Shown: positions 8,246-18,376, numbered from the stretch's first letter. The stretch is 64,000 nt of DNA from Candidatus Moraniibacteriota bacterium (GCA_018499985.2 JAHBAT020000015.1:17059-81058), one strand, 5' to 3'. Made by a program: numbers and translations. Notes: generated from the letters alone by a model not told the origin.

Positions 8246-11200
8246 CTATGAAAGGTCTATGCTGCTGACCCCAGCCAGGCTACGTATTTCTTCAAGAACA
8301 TCCTCAGTAGAAGAAATGTTAAAAGAAGTAGCAATAGTTTGACCACTAATACGCACGCTCACTTTCTGGTTTCCAGCGGGCGCCTTTTTGAGAATACGAG
8401 AGAGGTCTTCTATGACACTACCAGGTGCCTGCGAGTCAATGATGACGGTGATATTTTCTGTCACTAGGGGAGCGCGCGATGCAACTGCTTTCGCTACACG
8501 ATTACGGGTAATCTCATGACGAGCAAACTGAGTGACGTTTTCGGGACGAAGCTTCTCGCCACTTTCAGCCATGATACGGATATCGCCATCTTTTTGATTG
8601 ACTTTGACTGTGACAATGACAAGCTCGTCTTCATTCCAAAGACTTTCTGTTTGTTCGGCGATTTTGCCAAAGACGAGAATTTCTATTTGACCAGTCATAT
8701 CTTCGAGTCCCACAAAGAACATGGTGCTACCAGTTTTGGTGAGAATTTTTCGTACCTTACTTATGACACCACCAATACGAACAGTGCTACCTGGAGTCAC
8801 TTTTTCAAGTTCGTTTATAGCAAGGGCTGTCTTGTTGAGATAGTCCTGGTATTCAGCTACCGGATGATCACTAACGTAGAGACCGAGAAGTTCTTTTTCC
8901 CAGGCGAGACGCATTTTTTTAGTGGCTCCCTCTGCGGATACAAGATGAATTTTTGTCTCAGGAAGAGGCATGGCTCCAAAGAGGCTATTAGTATGATTTT
9001 CGAGAAGATTCTTGCTGTTTTTGGCATGCTTTAATATGGCATCAAGACTTTGGAGGAGCTGATTGCGTTCCCCAAAAAAATCAAGTGCACCTACTTTAGT
9101 GAGAGCTTCAACAGACTTTTTATTGAGATCTTTGGTTTGGACACGCTCCGTGAGAGCCTCGAGCGTTTCATAGCGACCATTGCGCTTGCGTTCCTCAACT
9201 ATTTCTTGAGCGACCACATGACCGACGTTTTTGATAGCATTGAGTCCAAAACGAATGTTACCACCATTTGGGTTTTCCTTGTTTGGTACCACGGCAAATT
9301 CTTCAAAACTTTCATTGACATCGGGGGGTAGTACCTCGATGCCCATTTCTCTCGCTTCGTGCACTTCGATGGCTACACGATCAATGTTGTCCTGGTCACT
9401 TGTAAGAAGGGCAGCCATGAATTCAGCTGGGTAGTGAGCTTTGAGGTAAGCAGTTTGGTAACCAATGAGAGCATAACAAGCCGCATGAGAACGATTGAAT
9501 CCGTAGCCAGCAAATGGTTCGATAAAGGTAAAAACTTTTTCACCAATATCTTTTCCTACTCCAGTAGCGATACAGCCCTCGACAAATTTTTCACGTTGCT
9601 CTTGTACTAAACTCAAAATTTTCTTACCGACAGCTTTACGGAGTACGTCAGCTTCACCCAAAGTAAAGCCAGCAAGATCGCGAGCTATCTGCATGAGTTG
9701 CTCTTGGTAGACGGCTACGCCGTAGGTGTTTTTGAGAATCGGTTCAAGGATAGGGTGGAGATACTTTACTTGTTTGGTACCGTGTTTGCCCATAATGAAA
9801 TCGGGAATGTATTCCATAGGACCTGGACGATAGAGGGCGACCATAGCGATGATATCCTCAAAGACAGTAGGTTTGAGTTGTTTGAGGTAGCGTTTCATGC
9901 CAGCACTTTCAAGCTGGAAGATACCAGTAGTATGAGCTTCTTGTAGGAGTTTATAGGTAGCATCATCATCAAGAGGAATATCTTCGATATTGACCTCTAC
10001 ACCGCGAGTTTTCCGAACGATACGCAGCGTGTTTTGGATAATGGTGAGGTTTTTGAGTCCCAAGAAGTCCATTTTGAGGAGACCGATTTTTTCTACGGCA
10101 TTGGCCTTGGTACTCGCAGCATACTGAGTGACTACTCCTTCGCGAGATCCAGACACGCGCTGGAGGGGGGTGTATTCAGTCACAGGGTGCTCAGTAATCA
10201 CCACGCCACAAGCATGCATGGAGGCATGACGACAGAGACCCTCTACGGTCATGGCGGCGTCAATCAATTTCTTGACATCAGCACTGCTTTCATACCACTG
10301 AGTGAATTCAGGTACTTCATCAAGAGCTTTTTTGATGGAGGTAAACATCGGAATCATCTTGGATGTCTTGTCGCATATATCGTAGGGATATCCAAGAGCA
10401 CGACCGACATCACGGATGGCTGCACGGGCCGCCATCGTTCCAAAGGTGATAATTTGTGCTACGTGATCATTGCCATACTTACTTCTTACATAGTTGAGCA
10501 CATCGTCACGACGGTTATCAGCAAAGTCCATATCTACATCGGGCATAGAGATACGCTCTGGATTAAGGAAACGCTCGAAGAGTAAGTCGTACTTGATAGG
10601 ATCGAGATCAGTGATGCCTGTGAGGTAGGCTACAAAAGAGCCAGCTGCAGAACCACGGCCAGGACCAGTCACCACACCATTATTTTTGGCCCAGTTTACA
10701 AAGTCCTGGACGATAAGGAAGTATGAGGCGAAGCCGGTACCTTCAATAATTTTCAGTTCGTAATTGAGACGGGTATCATGCTCCTCGGTAAGGACACTTT
10801 GATCAGGATAGCGCTTGAGAAGACCTTCTTCACAAAGTTCGCGTAGGTAGCCATCGGCAGTCTTGCCTTCGGGGAGAGGAAAAGAAGGGAGTTGGTTTTC
10901 ACCAGTGTGAAGCTTGAAGTGGACTCTATCGGCGATAGCCTCTGTATTACTTACTGCTTCTGGGATAGCAGCAAAGAGATTGGTCATTTCTTCAGGAGAG
11001 CGAAAAGAGAGATCAAGAGAGCGCATACTGAAACGTTCATGATCAGAGACTTTTTTGTTGTCACGGATACAGAGCAAAATGTCTTGAATTTCTGCGTGCT
11101 CTTTTTTTACATAGTGTACATCGCAAGCAGCTACCACAGGGATACCGGTTTCCTGACTTATCTGAATCAGTCCCTGGTTTACAGTCATCTGATTTTCATT

Positions 11201-11737
11201 ATCTAAGTGTGGGCCGAGTTCGAGAAAAAAGTTACCTTTACCAAAAATCTCTTCGTATTCGAGGGCAATATTTTTGGCGCGTTCGTAGTTGCCATAGAGA
11301 AGCTCGGAAGGGATTTCACCCTGAAGAGATCCTGAGAGAGCGATGAGACCTTTGCCGTATTCACGGAGGAGTTTCTTGTCAGCGCGTGCCTTATAGTAAA
11401 AACCATCAAGCTGAGCAATAGAGATGAGCTTCATGAGGTTTTTGTAACCAGTCTCATCTTCTACGAGAAGGACAAGCTGGTGACGACGACGATCTTCAGC
11501 AGTATTGTTTTTACTTAAGTGGTCTTTGCAGATAAAGATTTCAGCCCCGAGGATAGCTTTGATATCGTACTCCTTGGCCTTGGTATAGAATTCCACAGCG
11601 CCATACATCGCACTGGTGTCAGTGATGGCGAGGGCCGTCATGCCCATGGCCTTGGCCTCAGCCAAAAGGTCTTCTATCTTCGGGAGGGCCGTGAGGAGTG
11701 AGTAGTGAGAGTGAGTATGAAGGTGGACGAATGACAT
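8246..11737 (-). CDS. dnaE: DNA polymerase III alpha subunit
   Basis: The PHP domain begins MSFVHLHTHSHYSLL. The protein continues with palm, fingers and OB-fold regions (...PDVDMDF..., ...GLLKMDFLGLKNL...). The ORF stays open to 11767, but the ATG at 11737 fits homology better. Confidence 0.93.
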   Translation of the reverse strand: MSFVHLHTHSHYSLLTALPKIEDLLAEAKAMGMTALAITDTSAMYGAVEFYTKAKEYDIKAILGAEIFICKDHLSKNNTAEDRRRHQLVLLVEDETGYKNLMKLISIAQLDGFYYKARADKKLLREYGKGLIALSGSLQGEIPSELLYGNYERAKNIALEYEEIFGKGNFFLELGPHLDNENQMTVNQGLIQISQETGIPVVAACDVHYVKKEHAEIQDILLCIRDNKKVSDHERFSMRSLDLSFRSPEEMTNLFAAIPEAVSNTEAIADRVHFKLHTGENQLPSFPLPEGKTADGYLRELCEEGLLKRYPDQSVLTEEHDTRLNYELKIIEGTGFASYFLIVQDFVNWAKNNGVVTGPGRGSAAGSFVAYLTGITDLDPIKYDLLFERFLNPERISMPDVDMDFADNRRDDVLNYVRSKYGNDHVAQIITFGTMAARAAIRDVGRALGYPYDICDKTSKMIPMFTSIKKALDEVPEFTQWYESSADVKKLIDAAMTVEGLCRHASMHACGVVITEHPVTEYTPLQRVSGSREGVVTQYAASTKANAVEKIGLLKMDFLGLKNLTIIQNTLRIVRKTRGVEVNIEDIPLDDDATYKLLQEAHTTGIFQLESAGMKRYLKQLKPTVFEDIIAMVALYRPGPMEYIPDFIMGKHGTKQVKYLHPILEPILKNTYGVAVYQEQLMQIARDLAGFTLGEADVLRKAVGKKILSLVQEQREKFVEGCIATGVGKDIGEKVFTFIEPFAGYGFNRSHAACYALIGYQTAYLKAHYPAEFMAALLTSDQDNIDRVAIEVHEAREMGIEVLPPDVNESFEEFAVVPNKENPNGGNIRFGLNAIKNVGHVVAQEIVEERKRNGRYETLEALTERVQTKDLNKKSVEALTKVGALDFFGERNQLLQSLDAILKHAKNSKNLLENHTNSLFGAMPLPETKIHLVSAEGATKKMRLAWEKELLGLYVSDHPVAEYQDYLNKTALAINELEKVTPGSTVRIGGVISKVRKILTKTGSTMFFVGLEDMTGQIEILVFGKIAEQTESLWNEDELVIVTVKVNQKDGDIRIMAESGEKLRPENVTQFARHEITRNRVAKAVASRAPLVTENITVIIDSQAPGSVIEDLSRILKKAPAGNQKVSVRISGQTIATSFNISSTEDVLEEIRSLAGVSSIDLS

Positions 11738-11950
11738 AGGGAAAAAAGAAAACCACTTACCGAACAAACGATAAATGGTCTTGAAAATGAGTAGGCAAAA
11801 AAGAGTTCATAACTTTGAATAATCCCTCAGTAGCCAGGGTAAACCAGGAGGCATATGCAGGGAAGATAAATGTATCCTTATTATAACAGAAAAGCCAAAC
11901 CCCCTCCACATGCAGTTGCATGAGAGGGGGGGGTGAAGCGAAAAACAAGA

Positions 11951-12352
11951 CTAGGATTGGCCTAGCTCTTGAGGTCGTTGAGTTCGCCAGATGAGAAGAG
12001 TAGCCTCTAAGGCGATGAGCGCCCCGATAAATAATTGCCAACCAGGCACGAGATATGGGGGTGCATTTTGCTTCTCTATAAATAGAAGTCCGTATATGAA
12101 GACCCCCATTGTTGTGATTACTGACACAGGAGAGCTCCATTTTCTTATGGTGCAGGTATAGCCTATACCAAAGATGATCATGAAAATTAGATATTGAGCC
12201 CGCTGTACCTGACTTGGCTCTACATAGTATCCGACAGCGCCGTAGACGAGCAAAGCGATAATGCTGATAACAGAGCGTTGTGTGTCGCTAAAAGTCATGT
12301 GAAGTCCCTCCGGTTGTAAATGAACTGTAAGTTTGTATCTGTGGTATACCAT
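11951..12352 (-). CDS. Small integral membrane protein, function unknown
   Basis: Three to four hydrophobic segments (SVISIIALLVYGAVGYYV, YLIFMIIFGIGY, VFIYGLLF, WQLFIGALIALEATLLIW). The internal ATG at 12298 (MTFSDTQ...) is an alternative start. Confidence 0.5.
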   Translation of the reverse strand: MVYHRYKLTVHLQPEGLHMTFSDTQRSVISIIALLVYGAVGYYVEPSQVQRAQYLIFMIIFGIGYTCTIRKWSSPVSVITTMGVFIYGLLFIEKQNAPPYLVPGWQLFIGALIALEATLLIWRTQRPQELGQS

Positions 12353-12397
12353 TTATTTTTATTTTAAGTCAAAATTAGAGAGTGATATAATGAAAAT

Positions 12398-13099
12398 ATG
12401 GAACTTCCAACATTCAATAAAGAACGAGAAATTACGGCCAAGGGTCAGTATTTTGCCGTGGGTATCGATGAAGCAGGGCGGGGGCCACTAGCTGGTCCGG
12501 TAGTGGCTTCTGCTGTGATATATAAGCATGCGGACTTTACCTATCCACTGGAACTAACGAAGGCCTTTACACTTATTCGTGATTCCAAGAAACTTTCAGA
12601 AAAGCAACGCGAGCAGGCCTTTGACTTGATTCGTGAGCATTTTTATGTCGGGGTGGGAATAGTCAATGCCGAGACTATTGATAGAGTAAATATTCTGCAG
12701 GCCACTTTTCTGGCTATGAAGGGAGCTCTTTCTGATCTTAAACGACAGCTTCCTAAGGATGGTCGAGAGGTATATTTACTGCTTGATGGTAATCAGTTGC
12801 TACCTGGCTATAGTGGAGCACAGGAAACGGTGATTGGCGGGGATGGTACGGTACGCTCTATAGCCGCTGCTTCGATTATTGCCAAAGTCACTCGAGACAG
12901 AATGTTTGAGGAGTACGAGAAAGAGTATCCAGAGTATGGCTTCGGGAAACACAAAGGCTACGGTACCAAAGTGCACATGGATGCTCTTCGTAAATATGGT
13001 CCGACCCCAATTCATCGAATCTCTTTCAAGCCAGTGAAGCTTGCTCTACCAGAAAACGTCAATAAGCGCTTTGACCGTGATTTGAAGCCCCGTAAGTAG
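12398..13099 (+). CDS. rnhB: Ribonuclease HII
   Basis: 233 aa: AVGIDEAGRGPLAGPVVASAV...DSKKLSEKQRE...ASIIAKVTRDR...GYGT. Confidence 0.92.
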   Translation: MELPTFNKEREITAKGQYFAVGIDEAGRGPLAGPVVASAVIYKHADFTYPLELTKAFTLIRDSKKLSEKQREQAFDLIREHFYVGVGIVNAETIDRVNILQATFLAMKGALSDLKRQLPKDGREVYLLLDGNQLLPGYSGAQETVIGGDGTVRSIAAASIIAKVTRDRMFEEYEKEYPEYGFGKHKGYGTKVHMDALRKYGPTPIHRISFKPVKLALPENVNKRFDRDLKPRK

Positions 13100-13185
13100 G
13101 GCGGGTTGCTCTCTTTCCTTTTGTGGGTTAGGGTAGGGGTGCGTTCTTTAATTTTGTCGAAGCTATTCATGAAAGGAATAAGCTT

Positions 13186-13782
13186 ATGTCTATTGATTCT
13201 GACTTTGTATCTTGGCGAGGTGTCCTGACGCCTAGGCTGAGCATCAATCTTTCTGGCTTTCGGTCAGAGCTGACCCTCCATGAAGAAATTGCTACCCGTT
13301 ATAACCGGGGGCAAATTGATGTTTCATATACCACATCAGGGGTTTTTGCAGTTTTTCAAGAAAGACTTGATGGGGAGGATCAGGAATTTTTTGAAGAGGT
13401 CATGCCATATGATGTGGGCTTGAGTGCTCATCAGCCTCGCAATGATCCTCGTATCAGGTATGTGCGAGCTCCTAGTCCAGAGAGGCCCTCACACTATGAG
13501 CTCCTCTCGTATTTGGGCGAAGCGGCTTTTATCTCATGGCGTACGATGTTTGCGCTCATAGACGCTGATGTCGCTTCTCAAGGGGAAATCTTCGGTCTCC
13601 ATGGGCCAATTGTTGGTCTTTACCTTCGGACAAAAAATGGCTGGATTATGAAAGTGACCGTTATGCGAGGGGAGGCAGACAAGGGACCTATCTATTACTT
13701 CGACAACCCCATGGCACCCAATGTTGCCAGAGCGGGAGTGCTCCATCTTGGTACAAGAACCATCTTTGCTGTTGAAAGGTAA
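13186..13782 (+). CDS. Hypothetical protein (ORFan, composition richer in G+C than its neighbours)
   Basis: 198-aa ORF with no family motif I recognise. It has its own downstream hairpin terminator. A sampled 60-nt line is about 52% G+C, against about 42% in typical flanking lines. Confidence 0.55.
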   Translation: MSIDSDFVSWRGVLTPRLSINLSGFRSELTLHEEIATRYNRGQIDVSYTTSGVFAVFQERLDGEDQEFFEEVMPYDVGLSAHQPRNDPRIRYVRAPSPERPSHYELLSYLGEAAFISWRTMFALIDADVASQGEIFGLHGPIVGLYLRTKNGWIMKVTVMRGEADKGPIYYFDNPMAPNVARAGVLHLGTRTIFAVER

Positions 13783-13823
13783 AGTGGCCCGAGAAGTCTC
13801 AGGGAGGAGCTCAATCTCAAGTG

Positions 13824-13859
13824 CCGGAGTCTCTCCTTGAGCAGACTCCGGCCTTTTTG
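13824..13859 (+). terminator. Intrinsic terminator after the 13186-13782 ORF
   Basis: Stem ccggagtct (13824-13832) pairs with agactccgg (13843-13851), followed by cctttttgt. Confidence 0.7.
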
Positions 13860-13928
13860 TCTCTACTTGCCAATATAGAGGCCTTGTGTTACTCTTCTTT
13901 TGTTAAATATTTCTAGATTTTTACTGTT

Positions 13929-14132
13929 ATGGCACTTCCAAAGCAAAGACATACCCGTCATCGTCGAGATCGCGCTCGTAAACAATACGACGTAGAGCTC
14001 CAAAATACCGCTACTTGCCCTAAATGTGGTGCTCGTGTGATTACTCATCGTGCCTGCAAAGAGTGTGGTACCTACAAAGGTAAAGAGGTAATCAAAAAAG
14101 CAGCTCCAAAGCTTAAGAAGGTAGCTGCCTAA
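13929..14132 (+). CDS. rpmF: 50S ribosomal protein L32
   Basis: MALPKQRHTRHRRDRARKQY...CPKCGARVITHRACKECGTYKG. Zinc-ribbon L32. Confidence 0.92.
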   Translation: MALPKQRHTRHRRDRARKQYDVELQNTATCPKCGARVITHRACKECGTYKGKEVIKKAAPKLKKVAA

Positions 14133-14191
14133 ATACAGCTTTCTCAAATCTTTTCAAAAATCGTTCGTAAGTTCCTTGCAAAACAAAAACC

Positions 14192-14749
14192 ATGGCCAAT
14201 AGACATCTCCAGCGCTCAGTCGCAATGCAATCACTCTTTGAGTGGGATTTTAAAGGTCGTCATAATGATCAGTCTCGTCTTATTTTAAAGCGGAATATCC
14301 AAGAGTTTGCTCCCGGTATTGATGATACTATTTTTGCTGAACATCTCATCGAGGGGACGCTTCGTGAGCAGCAGACAATCGATGCTCTTATTATCAAATG
14401 CGCCCCGGAGTGGCCACTTGAGCAGGTGACTGTAATAGATAGAAATATCTTACGTCTTGGTATTTATGAGCTCATGTTTGGAAACTATGATGAGGTACCA
14501 CCTAAGGTGGCTATCAATGAAGCGATAGAACTCGCTAAGTCTTTTGGGAGTGATGCCAGTGCTCGTTTCGTCAATGGGGTACTGGGCACTATCTATCGTG
14601 AGATGGGTGAACCAATGAAAGATGATGTGTCAGCTAATCATAAGCGTGAAGAAGGAGAAAAAAAGGAAGTCAAAAAAGCCACAAAAACTTCAGACAAAGA
14701 AAAGAAGACTGTTAAGAAAGTAGTTGCAAAAAAGGTTACCAAGAAATAA
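14192..14749 (+). CDS. nusB: Transcription antitermination factor NusB with a Lys-rich C-terminal tail
   Basis: [13 protein letters not shown]...[15 protein letters not shown]...[30 protein letters not shown], followed by about 45 residues rich in K and E. Confidence 0.9.
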   Translation: MANRHLQRSVAMQSLFEWDFKGRHNDQSRLILKRNIQEFAPGIDDTIFAEHLIEGTLREQQTIDALIIKCAPEWPLEQVTVIDRNILRLGIYELMFGNYDEVPPKVAINEAIELAKSFGSDASARFVNGVLGTIYREMGEPMKDDVSANHKREEGEKKEVKKATKTSDKEKKTVKKVVAKKVTKK

Positions 14750-14797
14750 TACAAGGGAGGCTGCCGGAGAGCAGCCTCAAATTTTAGCAGAAGAGCT

Positions 14798-15493
14798 ATG
14801 AATCATACTGTAGATACTGCTGGCCTTGCAGCCACACTCGATATCGCTATCACCAAAACAGAGCTTTACCATGAAGCCCTGACGCATCGTTCATACTTAA
14901 ATGAACACCGTGATTATCGGTACCCACACAATGAGCGTCTTGAATTTCTCGGAGACGCAGTATTGGAATTGGTCGTGACACGTCACCTGTTTGATACTTT
15001 GCCAAATCCAGAAGGTGAGCTTACGAGTTTTCGTGCCGCTCTCGTCAATGGTGAAATGCTTTCAGTTATCGGTAAAGAACTTGGTATTGAGAAATACCTT
15101 CTTATGAGTCGTGGTGAAGCCAAGGATACGGGCCGTGCACGAAATTACCTTATTGCCAATGCTATGGAAGCTATTATTGGTGCTATCTATCTTGATCAGG
15201 GCTACGATGATGCCGGGCTTTTTATCGAGCGTCATATCCTTTCTCGTTTACCAGAAGTGATGGAAAAGGGTCTCTACACTGATCCAAAGAGTCATTTTCA
15301 GGAAATGGCTCAAGAAAAAGTTGGGATTACACCGAGTTATGGAGTGCTTCGTGAATGGGGCCCAGACCATGATCGCCACTTTGTAGCGGGAGTGTTTCTC
15401 GAAGAGGAGCTCATCGCTGAAGGCGAAGGTGCCAGTAAGCAAGACGCTCAGCGCGCCGCTGCCAAGAAGGCTCTTGAGGCCAAGGGGTGGTAG
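14798..15493 (+). CDS. rnc: Ribonuclease III
   Basis: ALTHRSYLNE...NERLEFLGDAVLELVV...MEAIIGAIYLD, plus a C-terminal dsRBD (GPDHDRHFVAGV...GASKQDAQRAAAKKALE). Confidence 0.95.
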   Translation: MNHTVDTAGLAATLDIAITKTELYHEALTHRSYLNEHRDYRYPHNERLEFLGDAVLELVVTRHLFDTLPNPEGELTSFRAALVNGEMLSVIGKELGIEKYLLMSRGEAKDTGRARNYLIANAMEAIIGAIYLDQGYDDAGLFIERHILSRLPEVMEKGLYTDPKSHFQEMAQEKVGITPSYGVLREWGPDHDRHFVAGVFLEEELIAEGEGASKQDAQRAAAKKALEAKGW

Positions 15494-15599
15494 AGTCAAG
15501 GAAAAAGAGATGCCTTTGTAAAGCATTTCTTTTTTTTATCGCTACTTTTGGGTATACTGGATAAGAGCTCGAATTTGAGCATTTTTTGTTGTATTTCTT

Positions 15600-17912
15600 G
15601 TGTATTTAAAGAAAGTTGAAATTAACGGATTTAAATCATTTGCCCAGAAGACAGTTCTGGATTTTTCGCCGACCCTGGATTCTTCGAGTATTGCTGCGCG
15701 TACTATCACGGCCATTGTGGGTCCCAATGGGAGTGGTAAGTCCAATGTGGCAGACGCTATTCGCTGGGCTATTGGTGAGCAATCAGTCAAGAATCTACGT
15801 GGGAAGAAATCAGAGGATGTCATCTTTGCTGGTACCGATAAGAAGGCTCGCATGGGGAGTGCTTCTGTTACGTTGCATTTTGATAATAGCGACAAGCGTA
15901 TTCCTATCGAGTTTGGCGAAGTCTCGATTACTCGTAAGGTTTACCGTAGCGGTGAAAGTGAATACCTAATCAATGGTTCCAAGGTACGCCTTTTGGATAT
16001 TATCGATCTCCTTGCTAAGGCTGGTATTGGTAAGGATAGCTATTCTGTCATCACACAGGGCATGAGTGATGCCACGCTTCAGGCTACGCCACTTGAGCGT
16101 CGCAGTATCTTTGAGGATGCCGCCGGTGTAAAACAGTATCAGATAGAAAAGGAGCGCTCGCAGCGTAAGCTTATCAATACCGAAGAAAACTTGGTACGTG
16201 TAGAAGCGTTGATTCAGGAAATCGAGCCGCATTTGAAGGGTCTTAAACGTCAGGCTGAAAAAGCTTCACAAGGAAAAGACGTTGCCTTGAAGCTTCATGA
16301 GAAGCAAGTATTGTTGTACGGATACCTCTGGAAGCAATTTGAAAAAGAACGAAGCACTGTGCTTGTTGAGCGTGACATGTTGCAGAAGCAGGTTTTTGAA
16401 TTGGAAGTCAGTACCAATACGCTCTCAGGAGAAATGACCATGCTTCGAGAAGAGCTAGAGGGAGAGCAAGAAGAAGTAGAGCTGATAAAGACCCTCGACA
16501 GCTTGCGTGCTGAGCAAAATGATATCGAGCGTAAACAGAGTGTCCTTCGTGGCAAGATGGAGATTGAGCGTGAGCGTCAGAAAGAAGAAGAGGTGATTCG
16601 TACTATCCCAGTAGATCTACCGTATGTCCAAAATGCGCTCGATGAGATTCGTCAGGCCCAAAGCATGCTGGTAAAAAATATTGCCAAGTGTGAAAGTCTC
16701 GATGAACTCGAAGAGCTAAGAAAGCAGGCAGAGGCTATCCAAGAAAAATTGAGCGAACTCAATACCAAAGCAAGCGAGGGAAGTGTCAAAGAAGTGCAGG
16801 TGATTCGTTTGCCGGTGGCAGAAAAAGAAGCGAGTGATGCGCGTATCAAGGAAAGTGAAGATGAGCTCAAGGAGATGAGTGCTCGCTATGAAACCGTCAA
16901 GACTTCTATCAAAGAAATTGAAACAAAAATTACCACCTCTCGTGATGCTACCAAGGCCAAGCGAGATGCCTTTTTTGTCAAAGAAAAAGCCTGGCGTGAA
17001 ACTGAGATGGAGTTGGCTCGCAAGAAGGATGCCTTAAATGATATCAAGGTACGTCTTGCTCGAGTAGAAGTGCGTGAAGAAGATTTGACCAAGCTTGTCC
17101 AGGAAGAATTAAATATTGCCCCTACAGTACTTACTTACGATGAAGCGATACCAGTAGAACGCGAACGCTTAGAGCGTGAGATTACTCGACTCAAGATAGA
17201 AGTAGAGCACATAGGGAGTATCGATCCAGAGGTTGTCCATGAATACGAAGAGACTCAAGAGCGCTTTGATTTTCTTACTCGAGAATCTAGTGATTTACGT
17301 CAGGCCATGGAAAGCTTGGCTACTGTGATTGCTGAGATGGATCAAAAAATTGAAACTGCTTTCAAAAAAGCCTTTCATGATATCCGTGAGAAATTTGCTG
17401 AGAATTTCAAAATCATCTTTGGAGGAGGTAAGGCAGAGCTTTCTTTGGTCGCAATCCAAAAAAGAAAGCGGGGGATGGATGCCGAGCTCGAAGGTGAGGT
17501 AGTCGATGAGGAAGCGGCTCTCGAAGAATCCCAAACAGGAATTGAAATCCATGCCTGTCCGCCAGGGAAAAAGATTACCAACCTCTCAATGCTTTCAGGA
17601 GGAGAGCGTTCATTGACCTCGCTAGCGCTTCTTTTTGCTATTATTTCTTACAATCCGCCACCATTCGCAGTGCTCGATGAAGTAGAAGCGGCTCTTGATG
17701 AGGCTAATTCACGGCGTTTTGGGAAGATGCTCGGAGAGCTTTCTCGTCATACGCAGTTTATTGCTATTACCCATAATCGTGAGACGATGTCTCATGCAAG
17801 CCTCCTTTATGGCGTAACTATGGGGGCAGACGGTATTTCTCAGCTTCTCTCGGTGCATCTTGATGAAATAGAGAAAAAAGTGCTTAAAGCTGAGAAAAGG
17901 CTTGACGCCTGA
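15600..17912 (+). CDS. smc: SMC-family chromosome partition ATPase, short form with no recognisable hinge
   Basis: GTG start. MYLKKVEINGFKSFAQKT, Walker A GPNGSGKSN, about 450 aa of heptad-rich coiled coil, signature LSGGERSLTSLALLFAI, Walker B FAVLDEVEAALD. 770 aa in total. Confidence 0.85.
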   Translation: MYLKKVEINGFKSFAQKTVLDFSPTLDSSSIAARTITAIVGPNGSGKSNVADAIRWAIGEQSVKNLRGKKSEDVIFAGTDKKARMGSASVTLHFDNSDKRIPIEFGEVSITRKVYRSGESEYLINGSKVRLLDIIDLLAKAGIGKDSYSVITQGMSDATLQATPLERRSIFEDAAGVKQYQIEKERSQRKLINTEENLVRVEALIQEIEPHLKGLKRQAEKASQGKDVALKLHEKQVLLYGYLWKQFEKERSTVLVERDMLQKQVFELEVSTNTLSGEMTMLREELEGEQEEVELIKTLDSLRAEQNDIERKQSVLRGKMEIERERQKEEEVIRTIPVDLPYVQNALDEIRQAQSMLVKNIAKCESLDELEELRKQAEAIQEKLSELNTKASEGSVKEVQVIRLPVAEKEASDARIKESEDELKEMSARYETVKTSIKEIETKITTSRDATKAKRDAFFVKEKAWRETEMELARKKDALNDIKVRLARVEVREEDLTKLVQEELNIAPTVLTYDEAIPVERERLEREITRLKIEVEHIGSIDPEVVHEYEETQERFDFLTRESSDLRQAMESLATVIAEMDQKIETAFKKAFHDIREKFAENFKIIFGGGKAELSLVAIQKRKRGMDAELEGEVVDEEAALEESQTGIEIHACPPGKKITNLSMLSGGERSLTSLALLFAIISYNPPPFAVLDEVEAALDEANSRRFGKMLGELSRHTQFIAITHNRETMSHASLLYGVTMGADGISQLLSVHLDEIEKKVLKAEKRLDA

Positions 17913-17970
17913 TAAAAAAGGTATTATAGTAATCCTTGTATATAACTTAACTGATTCCAAAGCGTAAAGT

Positions 17971-18372
17971 ATGTTGACTATCCGTTTTAACCGCACTGGT
18001 AAGAAGAATCGTGTTTCTTATCGTTTGGTCCTCCAAGAAAAAACCAAAGCTCCAGGTAAGCGTCATATCGAAATCCTCGGTAGCCATGACCCACACACCA
18101 AGACGACTATTCTTAAGAAAGATCGTATCTTAGAATGGCTTTCTAAGGGTGTGCAGACCTCTGACACTGTACATAACCTTCTTGTACGTGAAGGTGTTAT
18201 CGAAGGAAAGAAAGTGGCTCGCAAGATGCCTCGCCCTGAACCAAAAGAAGAGCCTGTAGTAGAAGAGGAAGTAAAAGAGGCAGCTGAAGAAGTAGTAGCA
18301 GAAGCCGAGGTAGCAGTCGCAGACACTGAGTCTGTCGAAGCTGCTGAGCCAGTAGCAGAAGAAACAGTATAA
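17971..18372 (+). CDS. rpsP: 30S ribosomal protein S16 with an acidic Ala/Glu/Val-rich C-terminal extension
   Basis: MLTIRFNRTGKKNRVSYRLVLQEKTKAPGKRHIEILGSHDP. An extension of about 50 aa follows (EEPVVEEEVKEAAEEVVAEAEVAVAD...). Confidence 0.92.
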   Translation: MLTIRFNRTGKKNRVSYRLVLQEKTKAPGKRHIEILGSHDPHTKTTILKKDRILEWLSKGVQTSDTVHNLLVREGVIEGKKVARKMPRPEPKEEPVVEEEVKEAAEEVVAEAEVAVADTESVEAAEPVAEETV

Positions 18373-18376
18373 ATGC

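Noticed and set aside
8516-11701. Series of 60-183-aa plus-strand ORFs inside dnaE. Similar antisense ORFs lie inside smc, dnaX, gatB, the PEP-utiliser gene and others.
   Set aside because: All lie antisense to, or out of frame within, long genes with unmistakable homology. None has a motif or start context.
11757-12140. 127-aa minus-strand ORF overlapping the dnaE start region and the 11951-12352 membrane-protein ORF.
   Set aside because: It is out of frame with the more plausible TM-rich ORF, and its sequence is not protein-like.
13863-14147. 94-aa minus-strand ORF overlapping rpmF.
   Set aside because: It is fully antisense to a clear L32 gene.
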